Shown here one piece after another: positions 62,136 through 64,000 of a stretch of 64,000 nt of DNA. Position 1 is the stretch's first letter, and each line of letters begins with the position of its first letter. The position numbers were made by a program, and so were the translations under genes. The stretch comes from an uncultured Candidatus Saccharibacteria bacterium (GTDB taxonomy: Bacteria; Patescibacteriota; Minisyncoccia; Minisyncoccales; JANBVM01), in assembly GCA_964493485.1 (NCBI GenBank), contig CAZBMQ010000004.1, positions 4,340 through 68,339 of the forward strand, given 5' to 3'. Below the pieces are notes generated by a model. The model searched no databases, had not been told where the DNA came from, and worked only from the letters and a program-made list of their open reading frames with translations.

Positions 62136-63203
62136 CTATTTCAAGTGTTGAGCTTTTGCAATATTATGTTCCTCTAATGTTTTACTAAAAATGGTTTCTC
62201 CTTCTGGGGTGGAAAGATAATACCAATACTCGCTATCTTCAGGATATACGGCAGCTAAAATACTTTCAAGACCAGGATTACAGATTGGGCCTAAGGGCAA
62301 CCCTTTATATTTATAGGTATTAAAAGGTGAATTTATTTGTGTTTCTTCTTTTGATACCTTTGTACTTCTTTTGCCGGTAATATATGTTATGGTCGCATCA
62401 ACCTGCAAAGGAATGTCATTTTTTAATCTTTTCCATAAAATGCCAGAAACAAGTTTTTTATCTTGCAGTGTTCTAACCTCCTTTTCCAACAAAGAAGCTA
62501 TTGTTACTATTTCAAAAATTGTTTTTTCCTGCCTTTTTATTTCCTGCCTTAATTCTTTAGTTAATTTCTTGTCAAAATTATCCAACATTTTTTTTATAAT
62601 CTCCTCAATCTTCTGTTTATTGCTTAAGGCGTTCTGTTTCTTAATATAATATGTGTCTGGAAAAAGATATCCTTCGAGACCTATATTCTTTGGTTTGTCT
62701 CTTAAAAAGTCATACTTGAAACTGAAATCTACTGGTTTTGGAAGATCACTAGAAATAGAATAGTCAGCTGCAGGAAAACCAGCAACCTCAAAAAATTCCT
62801 CTGCCTGAAACATTCCTTTATTTTCAAAATACCATCCAATATCTCTTAAATTCCAACCCTCTAAGATTCTTATAGTATGCACCACTATATCTCCAGATAC
62901 TATCTTTTCTTCAATTCCTGCAATATTCATTGAAGGACTCAAAAGATATTCCCCTGCCTGCAACTTAGTTTGAGCGCCTTTTAAAAAAACAAAGAGATTA
63001 AAAAGATATTTATTTCTTATCAATCCTTCCTTTTGCAAATTTTCTGAAATCTCAAAAAGACCTTCCCCCTTTTCAATCACAAATAATCTTTTTTCAGTAT
63101 CAGAAGGTTGCAATGGTAAATATATCTCTACCCAACAAAAGAATACAAAAACAATAAAAATAAAAAATAAAAACAAAATTAGCTTTTTTAATATGTGGTT
63201 CAT
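62136..63203 (-). CDS. mltG: Endolytic murein transglycosylase MltG (YceG-like)
   Basis: An N-terminal TM segment is present, along with ASLLEKEV, LQVDATITY, SPFNTYKYKGLPLGPICNPG and the catalytic-Glu context. Confidence 0.85.
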   Translation of the reverse strand: MNHILKKLILFLFFIFIVFVFFCWVEIYLPLQPSDTEKRLFVIEKGEGLFEISENLQKEGLIRNKYLFNLFVFLKGAQTKLQAGEYLLSPSMNIAGIEEKIVSGDIVVHTIRILEGWNLRDIGWYFENKGMFQAEEFFEVAGFPAADYSISSDLPKPVDFSFKYDFLRDKPKNIGLEGYLFPDTYYIKKQNALSNKQKIEEIIKKMLDNFDKKLTKELRQEIKRQEKTIFEIVTIASLLEKEVRTLQDKKLVSGILWKRLKNDIPLQVDATITYITGKRSTKVSKEETQINSPFNTYKYKGLPLGPICNPGLESILAAVYPEDSEYWYYLSTPEGETIFSKTLEEHNIAKAQHLK

Positions 63204-63206
63204 ATT

Positions 63207-63896
63207 CTATGTTATCAATGGAACAAAAGCAAAGCCATAATGCTCTTGTTCTTCAAAATCTCCTTCTCCTTTTTTAGTCAAAACAAAAATCGAGGATTTA
63301 ACCGGAGTCACAATTCTACCTCCTATCTTTAATTGATCCTTCCATGCCTGCGGAATCTCTTGTGCTGAAGCTGAAGCTAAAATATTATCAAAAGGAGCTT
63401 CTTTTTCATATCCCTTTGAACCGTCTCCACAGATAAATTCTGCTATTCCTTTCTCAACAAAATTATATTTTGCTACATTTCTTTCTCCAAACTCCTTAAG
63501 TTCTGGAATAAGCTCTATTGCAATTACTTTTCCTCTTTCACTTTGCGGTTTAACATTTCCATTTTGACTTACTATATGAGCCAAAAGGGCTGTTGTCCAT
63601 CCTGAACCTGAACCCACATCCAATATTTTATCACCCTGTTTTGGGTTTAATTGTTCTAACATAAAAGCCACCACTAATGGCTGAGAGATTGTCTGACCAT
63701 AACCAATTGGCAAAGCTTCATTCAATTCAGCCAAACTCTCAATATCTTCTCTTTTAAATACTGAAGCTGACAAAAAATCAGCCCTTTTAATTTCTTTAAA
63801 GGCCTTTATTATTCGTGGGGTTTTTAACCACCCATTTTTAATCAAATCATCAATTAAAGCCATTATTAAATCAGCGGAAATTCTCCTTTTCCGCAA
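63207..63896 (-). CDS. pcm: Protein-L-isoaspartate O-methyltransferase
   Basis: GQTISQPLVVAFMLEQL...ILDVGSGSGWTTALLA are present. An alternative start is MALIDD at 63863. Confidence 0.85.
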   Translation of the reverse strand: MRKRRISADLIMALIDDLIKNGWLKTPRIIKAFKEIKRADFLSASVFKREDIESLAELNEALPIGYGQTISQPLVVAFMLEQLNPKQGDKILDVGSGSGWTTALLAHIVSQNGNVKPQSERGKVIAIELIPELKEFGERNVAKYNFVEKGIAEFICGDGSKGYEKEAPFDNILASASAQEIPQAWKDQLKIGGRIVTPVKSSIFVLTKKGEGDFEEQEHYGFAFVPLIT

Positions 63897-63898
63897 AG

Positions 63899-64000
63899 TT
63901 ATTTCTCTTCTTTTGTAGGATAAAGAGAGGATTTCTTAATAATGATTTTATAGATGTTTTCGATAAAATCACCTCCTGCGTAACCCACAATAAAACCTAA
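63899..64000 (-). CDS. 3' end of an unidentified gene (5' part outside window)
   Basis: Hand translation: ...LGFIVGYAGGDFIENIYKIIIKKSSLYPTKEEK*. The reading frame is open to the window edge. Confidence 0.4.
   Translation of the reverse strand, partial: LGFIVGYAGGDFIENIYKIIIKKSSLYPTKEEK

Noticed and set aside
1-64000. I searched for rRNA genes, CRISPR arrays, prophage or integrase genes, and additional tRNAs.
   Set aside because: No rRNA-like conserved blocks, no regularly spaced direct repeats and no recombinase motifs were seen. Only one cloverleaf-capable GC-rich segment (55279-55354) was found.

Overview
AT-rich, gene-dense bacterial window. The gene content (TruD, ATP-cone/Mrr-like nuclease, several PD-(D/E)XK nucleases, many small charged proteins) suggests a reduced CPR/Patescibacteria-like genome, but that is inference only. 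About 60 genes lie on the minus strand and only two ORFs (55983..58826) on the plus strand. Recognisable housekeeping genes are prmC (partial), nadE, guaB, metK, acyP, truD, rplJ-rplL with an L10-type leader, mltG, pcm and tRNA-Val(CAC). Three things stand out. (1) Region 2.2-8.6 kb holds three paralogous ATP-grasp-like genes, an M20 peptidase and two Zn-ribbon mini-proteins. Four near-identical leaders sit in front of the three ATP-grasp genes and the first Zn-ribbon gene. Each leader has a promoter, a short unannotated ORF starting MS, and four copies of one 11-nt sequence in alternating orientation, ending in a perfect intrinsic terminator. The short ORFs carry different hydrophobic codon runs (FFFFFFF, LDLLLLLVL, IIVINII, VVEFIFVILIIVL). 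This is classical leader-peptide attenuator topology, apparently tuned to Phe, Leu, Ile and Val/Ile, and it is my top candidate for an undescribed system. (2) A signalling-rich stretch (10.8-41.2 kb) contains nine paralogs of a ~200-aa Cys/His-motif, V4R/DUF2378-like protein. These are interleaved with repeated SAM-methyltransferase plus multi-TM histidine-kinase modules. The kinases fall into two pairs with apparently 100% identical 725-bp and 1340-bp 3' halves. (3) A GC-richer 2.6-kb cassette (ABC-2 exporter plus AbrB-like gene) is bounded by 49/50-identical 50-bp inverted repeats next to tRNA-Val. All coordinates and translations outside the supplied ORF track were worked out by hand. Family assignments rest on motif recognition, not database searches.
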